In this document: piece after piece, positions 29,279-38,892 of the stretch
Position numbering within the stretch: position 1 is the first letter of the stretch
How the letters are laid out: the number at the start of each line of letters is the position of its first letter
Source of the DNA: Candidatus Fraserbacteria bacterium
GTDB lineage: Bacteria > Bipolaricaulota > Bipolaricaulia > RBG-16-55-9 > DRXL01
Length of the DNA: 64,000 nucleotides
Reading direction: 5' to 3'
Assembly (NCBI GenBank): GCA_947085185.1
Contig: CAMTVK010000021.1
Span: 32,001 to 96,000 of the forward strand
Position numbers and translations under genes: made by a program
Notes under the pieces: generated by a model
The model's database searches: none
Told to the model about the DNA's origin: nothing
Seen by the model: only the letters and a program-made list of their open reading frames with translations

Positions 29279-30493
29279 GTGATTCAGAGCCGGAGAAGAC
29301 GAGCCGAACAACGACATCGCGTGCTCAGTCTTGTGCTCCTTCTTGTTGGTTCTCTTGCCGTGAGTGCGGCCGGCTACTGGTGGTACACGAGCCGGATCGC
29401 TTCTGCTCCGCTGCCGGAGCGTGTCCACGTCTTAGTGTTAGGCCTGGACTATGTGCCGGGAGCCGCGGCGCGCCGCAGCGATACGATCTTCGTGGCCAGC
29501 CTCCGCCAAGGCGATGTGCGCCTGTTGGCCATCCCTCGAGATACCCACATGAAATTCCCCGATGGGCGCGTGGAGAAAGTCAACGCGGCGTATGCGCTGG
29601 GGGGAGCAGAGCTGGCGCGCCGGGTCATCTCCAATTTTTTGGGGATCGAGATCAAATATTATATCGTCATTGATTACGAGGGCTTTGAGAAGCTGGTGGA
29701 CTTAGTCGGCGGGGTGACGATCTCTGTCGAAAAGCCCTTAAAAGACGACAAGACCAAGCCCCCTATTGACATTGCGGCGGGGACGCAGAAGCTCGATGGG
29801 AAGAGGGCGCTCGCCTATGTTCGGTATAGGGATACCCTCACGGGCGATCTGGGGCGGCTGCAGCGCCAGCGCCAGCTCTTAGAAGCCCTCCTGAAAGAAC
29901 GCGATAGGTCCCTCAGCAACCTCCAGCAGCTCGTCACGACCGCGCAGAAGTTCATCGAGACCAACCTTGCGCCGGTCTTGTTGTATCGCTTGGTGCAGCG
30001 CTTGCAAGACCTCCGTCCTGAGCAAGTACAGATCAAGCAGATTCCTGGGGAGGCCATCTGTAAATCAGCTCAAGAAGGGGGCTGCTATGTTGAGCCGGAT
30101 CCGGTGCGCACGGCGCAGCTGGTCAATAAGATGCTGCGCGGGCTGGATGTGGTCACGGCTGATGAGGTTCGCATTAAAGTCTTAAACGGCTCCGGGGTGA
30201 CAGGGATAGCACGGCGCGTCAGCGAGCTGTTGCGCAACGAAGGGTTCTCTGTAGTATATACGGGCAACGCGGACCGATTCGATTACACGCAAAGTTATAT
30301 GATAGACATCACGGGTGATGCGAGGAAGATCGAGCTGGTGCGGGAGCGCAGCCTGCGGAGTCTGTGGAAGGTGGTCAAGCCAGACGAGCTGGCCGCAACG
30401 ATGAAGGGGTTGGCGGCCAAGGGCGTCACCGGTGCTGGCGCCGATCTTTTGCTCATCATCGGGCAAGATTTTCAGCTCCCTGAGAAAAAATAA
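29279..30493 (+). CDS. LCP (LytR-CpsA-Psr) family protein with LytR_C domain
   Basis: RRSDT, IPRDT, KVNAAY, YVRYR, GDLGRLQRQ; C-terminal VLNGSGVTG. Confidence 0.92.
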   Translation: MIQSRRRRAEQRHRVLSLVLLLVGSLAVSAAGYWWYTSRIASAPLPERVHVLVLGLDYVPGAAARRSDTIFVASLRQGDVRLLAIPRDTHMKFPDGRVEKVNAAYALGGAELARRVISNFLGIEIKYYIVIDYEGFEKLVDLVGGVTISVEKPLKDDKTKPPIDIAAGTQKLDGKRALAYVRYRDTLTGDLGRLQRQRQLLEALLKERDRSLSNLQQLVTTAQKFIETNLAPVLLYRLVQRLQDLRPEQVQIKQIPGEAICKSAQEGGCYVEPDPVRTAQLVNKMLRGLDVVTADEVRIKVLNGSGVTGIARRVSELLRNEGFSVVYTGNADRFDYTQSYMIDITGDARKIELVRERSLRSLWKVVKPDELAATMKGLAAKGVTGAGADLLLIIGQDFQLPEKK

Positions 30494-30873
30494 TGAAATC
30501 TCCAGCCCTCGAACTGGATACGGAGAGAACCTTGCGAGAGCTCGTGGCGCTCATCGCCGAGAAGAAGGGCGAGCAGACGGTCATCTTAGACATGCGGGGG
30601 TTTTCGATCCCTACGGATTTCTTCATCATCACGCATGGGGAAAACCCCAAGCACGTGAAAGCCATTGCGGAGAACATCGTGGAGAAATTCCCCAAGGAGA
30701 TCGTGCGTTCGGAGGGGTGGGAGTCCAAGAATTGGATCGTCTTAGACTACGGGGACATGATTATCCATATCTTTCAGAAGGAGCTACGACGCTTCTATGA
30801 CTTAGAGGGGCTATGGGGGGATGTTCCTGTGCACCTTGGCTTAGAGAGTGATTCCCCCAAGCTCGTCGCATAA
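30493..30873 (+). CDS. rsfS: Ribosome silencing factor RsfS
   Basis: WIVLDYGDMIIHIF..RRFYDLEGLW. Confidence 0.95.
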   Translation: MKSPALELDTERTLRELVALIAEKKGEQTVILDMRGFSIPTDFFIITHGENPKHVKAIAENIVEKFPKEIVRSEGWESKNWIVLDYGDMIIHIFQKELRRFYDLEGLWGDVPVHLGLESDSPKLVA

Positions 30874-30887
30874 AAAAGTAGCGGGCC

Positions 30888-30916
30888 TTGACAAGCTCCT
30901 CCCCCCATGGTATAAT
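30888..30916 (+). promoter_or_regulatory. Promoter of the stand-alone 23S-5S unit
   Basis: TTGACA-17 bp-TATAAT, about 70 nt upstream of the 23S 5' end. Confidence 0.85.
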
Positions 30917-31599
30917 ACCAGCACCCCACGCTCGGGATATGGGCGTTCTTTCGATCCTTGAAAAGTGAATAGAGTGCATCACATCGCGCAAACTCAGTAC
31001 GGGCGGATGGTGGATGCCTTGGCAGCTGGAGGCGATGAAGGGCGTGGCAGACTGCGATAAGCCACGGGGAGCCGTCGAGCAGGCGTTGATCCGTGGATGC
31101 CCGAATGGGGGAAACCCACCGCACGGAAGGTGCGGTATCTCTCCCCCAATTCATAAGGGAGAGAGGCGAACCGGGGGAAGTGAAGCATCTCAGTACCCCG
31201 AGGAAAAGAAATCAATAGACACAAAGCTCTCTTCTCTGCGCTCGACCTCGAGCACAGGAAAGATGGCTTTGGAGATTCCGTCAGTAGCGGCGAGCGAACG
31301 CGGAACAGCCTAAACCCTCGTAGCGGAATAGACTGCCTTCGTTGTTACGAGGGGGTTGCAGGCCGGCCTTCCCACGGGAGGCAGACCGTGGCAGAGGTTA
31401 CAAAGATTGGCTCTAGCCGAACAGCTAGTAAAGCCACTGGAAAGAGCGACCAGAGAGGGTGACAGTCCCGTAGGCGAAAGGGTCAGTCCCTCTGGGGCCG
31501 TGCCTAAGTAGCGTCGTACCCGTGTTACGGCGTGAAGCTGGGAGGACCACCTTCCAAGGCTCAATACTACCAGCTGACCGATAGTGGACCAGTACCGCA

Positions 31600-31636
<37 letters not shown>

Positions 31637-33091
31637 CAGAACCTGAAACCATCCGCTCACAGACAGTCGGAGGGTCCCGCCGACCCTTTGCCTTGGGCAT
31701 CGCAAGATGCCCTATGGCAGAGCCGGCGGCCTGACGGCATGCCTTTTGCAGTATGATCCTGCGAGCTACCGTGCGTGGCCAGGCTAAGTCTCGTTGGTGG
31801 GACGCAGCCGCAGCGAAAGCGAGTCCGAACAGGGCGACCAGTCACGTGCGGTAGGCACGAAGCCGAGCGATCTACCCATGGCCAGGCTGAAGCGTGGGTA
31901 ACACCACGTGGAGGGCCGAACCCGTGAACGTGGAATAGTTCTGGGATGAGTTGTGGGTAGCGGTGAAAAGCCAGACGGGCCTCGGTGATAGCTTGTTCTC
32001 CTCGAAATAGTTTTGGGACTAGCCTCGGCAGTTAAGCCGTGGGGGTAGAGCACTGGATGGATGCGGGGCAACCCAATTCCAACCAAACTCCGAATACCAT
32101 GGCGCACCTGCCGGGAGTCAGACGATAGGGGATAACCTTTATCGTCGAGAGGGAAACGGCCCAGATCGTCGGCTAAGGCCCCAAAGACCGAGCTAAGTCA
32201 GGAAGGATGTGCCCCTGCTTAGACAGCTGGGAGGTTGGCTTAGAAGCAGCCATCCTTTAAAGAGTGCGTAATAGCTCACCAGTCGAGCGGGAGTGCGCCC
32301 AAGATTCAGCGGGAGTTAAGCTCGGCGCCGAAGCCACGGGAGAGTCTCCGTCTCCGACGGAGGCTACGGTAGAGGAGCATTCCGCCTTAGGCCGAAGTCG
32401 TGCCGGAAGGCACGGCGGACGAAGCGGAAGAGAGAATGCAGGAATGAGTAGCGCGAGGTGAGCGAGAAACTCACCCACCGTAAGTCTCAGGGTTCCTGGG
32501 GAAGGCTCATCCACCCAGGGTTAGGCGGCCCTAAGCTCAACCCGCAAGGGGTAGGCGATGGACAGCCGGTTAATATTCCGGCCCCTCTCTGTGGCGATGA
32601 CCAAAGGGGGGACGCATCAGGTCGCTTCAGCGGGCGGACGGATGTGCCCGTGTCAAAGACGAGGCATCCGGGCGTAGGCAAATCCGCGCCCGGGTCAAGT
32701 CGAGTCGAGACGGAGGTCCTACGGGACCGAAGGAAGAGCGATCAGGTGCCGAGAAAATCCTCTAGGGAGCCACAGAGAGCCCGTACCGCAATCCGACACA
32801 GGTAGACGGGCAGAGTATGCTCAGGTGGGCGAGAGAACCATGGTCAAGGAACTCGGCAAAATGCTCCCGTACGTTCGCAAGAAGGGAGGCCCCGCGTAGG
32901 GCAGCGATGTCCGAGGGGGCCGCAGAGAGCAGGCTGGGGAGACTGTTTATCAAAAACACAGCACCCTGCTAACTCGAAAGAGGACGTATAGGGTGTGAGA
33001 CCTGGCCACTGCTGGAAGGTCAAGGGGAGGGGTTCACGCCCCAAACTGAAGCCCCAGCGAAGGCCGGCGGTAACTATAACTGTCCTAAGGT

Positions 33092-33362
33092 TCAAAGCGA
33101 GCCTTAGTAAAACCCGGCTATATGCTGGAAACTCCGGTGAGTATCCCACGCTACCTTCTCTACATGGCGAAGGTGACAATGCGATGGGTGCGGACAACCA
33201 GCAGGAAAGGTTGCCGCTTGAACGGCAACTTCCTCAGAGACTGTACGCCGGGCTCCGCGAAGAGCGGATGAAGATACAGTCCGAGCTGCACGGCGACGTG
33301 CAGAGTCTGGTTCGCGCCAGACCGCCTTGCCAAAAGCAAGGTCAACCAAAGTAACAGATCTG
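33092..33362 (+). mobile_element. Group I intron at 23S position 1931 (ORF-less, IB-like core)
   Basis: Interrupts CCTAAGGT^AGCGAAATTCC; P1 CUAAGGU/GCCUUAG; P/Q/R/S elements ATGCTGGAAA, AACCAGCAGG, TCAGAGACTG, AAGATACAGTCC; terminal G. Confidence 0.92.
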
Positions 33363-33382
33363 AGCGAAATTCCTTGTCGGGT

Positions 33383-33719
33383 AAGTTCAGTTGCCCGTAC
33401 CGGCTTATAACGGTGAAGCCCTCACTCGTTGCGGTCGCAAGGAGCCGTGCTCAAGAGTGGGTAACACCGTGGGAAGTCGGACTCAAGAGAGTCTTGACCC
33501 CGTAACGACTGAGGTCGCAAGACCGAGATAGCAGCCCTGTCTCGACAGAGACAAATTTAAGCTGCTATAATACGCCGGCACTGCTTTGAGTTTGCTTGGC
33601 CAGTGAGGTGAGGTCGAGATCATCGAGCTGATCTTCACCATTAACACTGGCAAGCGGAAATATCCAAAAGAAGCAGTGAAGATATAGTCTACGCCTCTGG
33701 AGAACAGAGGGAGAACGTG
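33383..33719 (+). mobile_element. Group I intron at 23S position 1951 (ORF-less, IA3-like core)
   Basis: Interrupts GTCGGGT^AAGTTCCGAC; P1 CGGGU/GCCCG; AACGGTGAA, CACCGTGGG, CGTAACGACTG, AAGATATAGTCT; terminal G. Confidence 0.9.
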
Positions 33720-34030
33720 AAGTTCCGACGCGCATGAATGGTATAACTATCCCAGCGCTGTCTTGACCATGGGCTCGGTGAAATTGAAGCACCGGTGAAA
33801 ACGCCGGTGACTCGCGGCAGGACGGAAAGACCCCGTGGAGCTTTACTGGAACTTGGCATTGGGTCTCGACGTTCGTTGTGTAGGATAGGTGGGAGCCGGA
33901 GAAGTCTCCGCGCTAGCGGGGATGGAGGCGTCCTTGAAATACCACCCTTCGTTCGTTGCGACTCTAACCCACGGCTGTACAGCAGTCGGGGGACCGTGCT
34001 AGGTGGACAGTTTAACTGGGGCGGTTGCCT

Positions 34031-34932
34031 CAACAGTGGGGCAACGCAAATCCGGCTATATGCTGGGAAGTCCGTCCCCTCACAGGGGTGCAGTGTCCGG
34101 CGCTACTAGTCTGAGACTAGTGAAAACGCGCGCGGCGCGGACAATCAGCAGGGAAGTCTTGGGAAGACCCCTCAACGACTGCACGCCGGACGGCACAGGT
34201 GTGCCGATGATACAGTCTGAACTTCCCGGCGACGGGAAGCCGTCTTAGGACGGGGTTCGGTCTAAAGAGGTGAGCTGCGTGCGGTCTCGACAGATCGAGA
34301 TGTATAAGCAGAAGCTCGCCCTCACAGATATCCAACGAGAGATACTCGTTGGCCTGCTGCTTGGCGATGCCTGCCTTGAAACACAGAATCGGGGCAGGAC
34401 CTATAGGCTCAAGATCGAGCACAGCGTTGCTCAAGCCCAGTATGTGCAGCACCTCTATGAAGTTTTTCGGGAGTGGGTGCTGGGTGGACCGCAGGTCAAG
34501 AGCCAACGGATCGCGGGCAAGATCTATCACAAGCTGTGGTTCAATACTGTGAGCCATAGCGCCTTCCGATTCTATGCTCAGCAGTTCTATCGGAACGGGG
34601 TGAAAGTCGTGCCTAAGCTGATCCATCGGTTTCTGACTGCACGGGGCTTGGCATACTGGTTCATGGACGATGGCTCGATCAAGTCGAAGGAGTCCAAAGC
34701 AGTGCTCTTCAACACCCAGGGTTTTGGCAACCACGATATAGCCAGGCTCATTGGGGTGTTGCAAGGGAAGTTTGGGCTGGAGGCCAAGCGCAGGTCTCAG
34801 CCGGAAGGGCAGCAGATCTATCTCTCTGGGAGATCCTATGAGCGTTTCTGTACGCTCGTCGAACCCTATGTGATCCCCCAGATGCGCTACAAGCTGCCTG
34901 AAAAAAGAAGCAGACCGAACTTAACGGAATTG
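34031..34932 (+). mobile_element. Group I intron at 23S position 2262 with homing endonuclease gene
   Basis: Interrupts GGGGCGGTTGCCT^CCTAAAGAGTAACGG; P1 GUUGCCU/GGGCAAC; core ATGCTGGGAA, AATCAGCAGG, TCAACGACTG, ATGATACAGTCT. Confidence 0.92.
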
Positions 34933-34944
34933 CCTAAAGAGTAA
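34279..34944 (+). CDS. Intron-encoded double-motif LAGLIDADG homing endonuclease (I-SceI-like)
   Basis: ILVGLLLGDACL and GLAYWFMDDG motifs, PYVIPQMRYKL; GAGGTG RBS before GTG 34279. Confidence 0.93.
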   Translation: MRSRQIEMYKQKLALTDIQREILVGLLLGDACLETQNRGRTYRLKIEHSVAQAQYVQHLYEVFREWVLGGPQVKSQRIAGKIYHKLWFNTVSHSAFRFYAQQFYRNGVKVVPKLIHRFLTARGLAYWFMDDGSIKSKESKAVLFNTQGFGNHDIARLIGVLQGKFGLEAKRRSQPEGQQIYLSGRSYERFCTLVEPYVIPQMRYKLPEKRSRPNLTELPKE

Positions 34945-35096
34945 CGGAGGCGCGCAAAGGTCGGCTCAGCCGGGTTGGCGATCCGGCGGGGAGTGCATGG
35001 GCATAAGCCGGCTTGACTGTGACCCCGACAGGGGGAACAGGTGCGAAAGCAGGCCCAAGTGACCCGGTGGCTCTGTGTGGAAGGGCCATCGATCAT

Positions 35097-35127
<31 letters not shown>

Positions 35128-35614
35128 AGTACCGCCCGAGAGTACACATCGACGGCGGTGTTCGGCACCTCGATGTCGGCTCAACTCATCCTGGGGCTGA
35201 AGCAGGTCCCAAGGGTCCGTCTGTTCGCCGGTTAAAGAGTTACGTGAGCTGGGTTCAGACCGTCGCAAGACAGGTCGGTCCATATCCGCCGCGAGCGCAA
35301 GAGGCTTGAGGGGCACTCTCCCTAGTACGAGAGGACCGGGAGGGCTGGACCTCTGGTGTACCAGCTGTTCTGCCAAGAGCACCGCTGGGTAGCTATGTCC
35401 GGACGGGATAAGCGCTGAAGGCATCTAAGCGCGAAGCCCACCCCAAGATGAGGCCTCTGAGAGCCCTGGGAGAACACCAGGTTGATAGGCCGCAGGTGTA
35501 CGCGCAGCAATGCGTTCAGCCGAGCGGTCCTAATCGCTCCGTCGTTTGCGCGACGCACTCTATTCACTTTTGAGGGATCGAGGCGCCTGGGGGGCGTGGC
35601 GGTCCCTAAGAGAT

Positions 35615-35734
35615 TTCAGGTGGCCCAATAGCGGCGGGGAAACACCCGTTCCCATCCCGAACACGGCCGTTAAGCCCGCCTGCGCCGATGGTAGTGGGCT
35701 CGCGAGGGCCCGCAAGAGTAGGGCGCCGCCTGGA
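35615..35734 (+). rRNA. rrf: 5S rRNA
   Basis: CACCCGTTCCCATCCCGAACACGG..GTTAAGCC, GCCGATGGTAGT, AGAGTAGG; terminal helix CAGGTGGC/GCCGCCTG. Confidence 0.95.
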
Positions 35735-35789
35735 TTTTTTTCTGAGCAAAGTCATGGTGTCAGTGGCTCGATTGCAAGCATACCTTCGC

Positions 35790-36134
35790 CATAGTGCTCA
35801 ACAGCAATAAGAATTGGGATCTGAAATCGAAAATCTTGTGCTGCGAGGCGTCTTGGAGAATCTCTTCACTTTTGATGGTCGGCTGGGACATGAGATCGTA
35901 TTTGTGTACGAAGGCGAGCTTGTAGATAAGTCTCTGTACGCCCTTGATCAATTCCAAGCCCAAGAGAACGGGCAGCCGTTCATGGCGATCTGGCTCGATC
36001 TGAAGGAGCTAGGAACAGGCGCGCTCGAGCTCGTCCCTGAAGGGCTTCTTCCCTTAGTACAAGGCGGGACAGGCGAAGAGTACCGCCCATCTTCCCAGAC
36101 TTCCCCAAGAGCAGCCGCTCCATCGGGCGTGTAG
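35790..36134 (+). pseudogene. C-terminal remnant of a NUDIX hydrolase
   Basis: ELGSEIENL..GVLENLFTFDGRLGHEIVFVY matches the post-Nudix-box region; in-frame stop where the box should be; no N-terminus. Confidence 0.6.
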
Positions 36135-36307
36135 ACCCGCTCTTCGCCCCGGCGGTCCAAGGTCTTGGGTCTTCTCCCGTTCCGAAGGAGCCGGATGGCG
36201 GACTATGGTAACCGGTCGGTAACAGTTTCAATGAGTCAACTCGCCCCCTTGCCCATTCCCCACACTATACGCTATAATCTTTCAAATTCTCTAGTGCCGG
36301 AGGTGCT

Positions 36308-37090
36308 ATGAGCTCGGAGGTCTTGCTCGAGGTGCGCGAGCTCGTGAAAGACTTTGGCGGCCTGCGCGCCGTCAACAAGTGCTCTCTCGCAGTGAAGCGC
36401 GGCACGATCACAGGCTTGATCGGCCCAAACGGCGCGGGCAAGACCACGCTGTTTAATCTCATCACGGGCTTCTACAAGCCCGATAGCGGGCACGTGATAT
36501 TCCGGGGGGAAGAGATCACGGGATTACCTCCTCATCGAATCTTTCACAAGGGGCTCTGCCGCACCTTCCAGATCCCTCGGGAATTCAAGCAGATGACGGT
36601 CCTGGAGAACTTAATGTTGGTGCCGGCGGGGCAGCGCGGAGAGAATATCTTCTACTCATGGTTTCTGCCCCATCTGGTGCGCCGCCAAGAGCGCGAGATT
36701 CGCGAGAAAGCGCTCTCGGTCTTAGAGTTCGTCAATCTTATTCACTTGAAAGACGAGTATGCGGGGAACCTCTCAGGGGGGCAGAAGAAGCTCTTGGAGC
36801 TCGCGCGCACACTGATGGCTGACCCCCAGTTGGTCTTATTAGACGAGCCCGGTGCGGGGGTCAATCCCACTCTGATGAAGCGCCTAGCAGCGAATATTCA
36901 ATATCTGTGCGAGGAGAAAGGCATTACTTTCTTATTGATCGAGCATGACATGGACTTGGTGATGAATCTCTGCAATCCCGTCATTGTAATGAGCGAGGGG
37001 AGCAAGCTCGCGGAGGGCACCCCCGAGGAGATCAAAAAGAATCAGAGCGTCTTAGAGGCTTATCTGGGAGGGCAGTATGTCGCCCAATAA
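36308..37090 (+). CDS. livG: Branched-chain amino acid ABC ATP-binding protein
   Basis: GPNGAGKTT, CRTFQ, LSGGQKK, LLIEHDM. Confidence 0.92.
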   Translation: MSSEVLLEVRELVKDFGGLRAVNKCSLAVKRGTITGLIGPNGAGKTTLFNLITGFYKPDSGHVIFRGEEITGLPPHRIFHKGLCRTFQIPREFKQMTVLENLMLVPAGQRGENIFYSWFLPHLVRRQEREIREKALSVLEFVNLIHLKDEYAGNLSGGQKKLLELARTLMADPQLVLLDEPGAGVNPTLMKRLAANIQYLCEEKGITFLLIEHDMDLVMNLCNPVIVMSEGSKLAEGTPEEIKKNQSVLEAYLGGQYVAQ

Positions 37091-37829
37091 TACAGTTAGC
37101 AAGTTGGCAAGTTGGCAAGTTGGCAAGAATTTGCTCAAGGTTGAAAAAGTCACCGGCGGCTACGGCGATATGGAGGTGCTCCACGAGGTTTCCATTGAAG
37201 TGAAAGAAGGCGAGATCGTCTCGATCATCGGCCCTAACGGGGCAGGCAAATCAACTCTGATGAAGATGATCTTCGGTCTGCTTCGTCCCTGGCAGGGACA
37301 CATCTCTTTTAACGGCAGAGAGATCACGGGGTTGGAACCCGATCGAATCGTGCGCCTTGGATTATGCTACGTGCCCCAGATCGAGAACGTCTTTCCTTCG
37401 CTGACCGTGCAAGAGAATTTAGAGATGGGGGCCTTTATTTTAGACGGCGATATCACAGATAGATTGGAGCGGGTTTTTGCTCTCTTTCCATTACTCAAAG
37501 AACGTCGCAAGCAGCGGGTGGGCAAGATGTCCGGAGGGGAGCGTCAGATGGTGGCCATGGGGCGTGCGCTCATGCTTGACCCCAAATTATTATTGCTCGA
37601 TGAGCCCTCGGCGGGCCTGGCGCCCAAGCTCGTGGAGATGATCTTCGAAAAGATTTTAGAGATTAACAAGAGCGGAGTAGCGCTCTTAATCGTGGAGCAG
37701 AACGCCAAGAAATCACTAGAGCTAGCCCATCGCGGCTATGTGCTGGCCAACGGACAGAACCGCTTCGAAGGCACGGGCAAAGAATTATTAAACAATCCCG
37801 ACGTGGGGCGGCTGTATCTGGGGGGCTGA
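37077..37829 (+). CDS. livF: Branched-chain amino acid ABC ATP-binding protein
   Basis: GPNGAGKST, MSGGERQM, LDEPSAGLAP, VEQNA; start may be TTG 37131. Confidence 0.92.
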   Translation: MSPNNTVSKLASWQVGKNLLKVEKVTGGYGDMEVLHEVSIEVKEGEIVSIIGPNGAGKSTLMKMIFGLLRPWQGHISFNGREITGLEPDRIVRLGLCYVPQIENVFPSLTVQENLEMGAFILDGDITDRLERVFALFPLLKERRKQRVGKMSGGERQMVAMGRALMLDPKLLLLDEPSAGLAPKLVEMIFEKILEINKSGVALLIVEQNAKKSLELAHRGYVLANGQNRFEGTGKELLNNPDVGRLYLGG

Positions 37830-38888
37830 ATGAAGCGCAAGTCTAATCCCGCGGCAGCCCAGATAGAGAGACGGGCGCGCTATGAGCTTGGTCTCAGGGG
37901 CCTCAAAAAGGCGTTGGGGGCGCTTTTGTTGGCGGCGCTTATAGGACTGTTAGTCTGGGCTGCGCGGATCCAGGGAACCAGCGCCGAGCTACTGCTGTCG
38001 CTTAGCGTCTGGGGGGTGATGCTGGGCAGCATCATCGCTTTGGGTGCAATCGGGCTGTCTTTAGTTTATGGGGTTTTGCGGTTTGCCAACTTCGCCCATG
38101 GGGACCTGATGACGGTGGGGGCCTATGCGGCTTTTGCCATCATGCCCCTCTTGCCTCAGGGGGCGCCGCTGGCGCCTTTTTCATTCGGCTGGGAGTTTTT
38201 AGTGGCGCTGCTTTTGGCCATGCCGATCGCGGGGCTGGTGGCCTTTGGGGCAGATCGGGTGCTTTATAAGCCGTTGCGAAGGCGGAGAAGCTCTTCGGTG
38301 ATCTTAGCGATGGCCTCGCTGGGAGCGGCCTTCTTTGTGAGAAGCATAATCTATTTGGCTTGGGGGGCCGACTTTGAGTTCTATTATCAGCGGCCGAGAC
38401 CCGCGCTCGAGCTGCCCTTAGGCGTTCGGGTCCGGCCGGATCAGTTCTTCATTCTTGGGCTGGCCCTGCTTTTGATTTTTTTGATCTATCTTTTGCTCGA
38501 GAGAACCAAGATGGGCAAGGCGATGCGGGCCACGGCGGACAACCCCGAGCTGGCTCGTGTCACGGGCATTAACACCGAGCGCGTGATTCTGTGGACGTGG
38601 GTAATCGGAGGGGCGCTGGCCGGGGCCGGCGGGGTGATGCTCGCCCTCGATTCGTCGCTTCGCCCAGAGATGGGCTGGTCCTTCCTTTTGCCGATGTTCG
38701 CCGCCGTCATCTTAGGCAGCATCGGCAACCCTTATGGAGCACTAGTAGGCGGACTGATCATCGGGGTCGTGATTCAAGTCTCGGCCGCCTTCTTAAACCC
38801 CGCCTACGGGCCGGGAGTGGCCTTTCTCATCATGATCATCATTCTCTTAGTGCGCCCCCAGGGGATCTTCGGCAAACCGGGAGGTTAA
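37830..38888 (+). CDS. livH: Branched-chain amino acid ABC permease
   Basis: GLSLVYGVLRFANFAHGD, GKAMRATADNPELA. Confidence 0.92.
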   Translation: MKRKSNPAAAQIERRARYELGLRGLKKALGALLLAALIGLLVWAARIQGTSAELLLSLSVWGVMLGSIIALGAIGLSLVYGVLRFANFAHGDLMTVGAYAAFAIMPLLPQGAPLAPFSFGWEFLVALLLAMPIAGLVAFGADRVLYKPLRRRRSSSVILAMASLGAAFFVRSIIYLAWGADFEFYYQRPRPALELPLGVRVRPDQFFILGLALLLIFLIYLLLERTKMGKAMRATADNPELARVTGINTERVILWTWVIGGALAGAGGVMLALDSSLRPEMGWSFLLPMFAAVILGSIGNPYGALVGGLIIGVVIQVSAAFLNPAYGPGVAFLIMIIILLVRPQGIFGKPGG

Positions 38889-38892
38889 TTGA

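Noticed and set aside
36160..36200. SRP RNA-like CCGAAGGAG segment
   Set aside because: Lacks the conserved helix-8 CAGG…GGAA…AGCAG pattern; kept only as an unidentified structured element.
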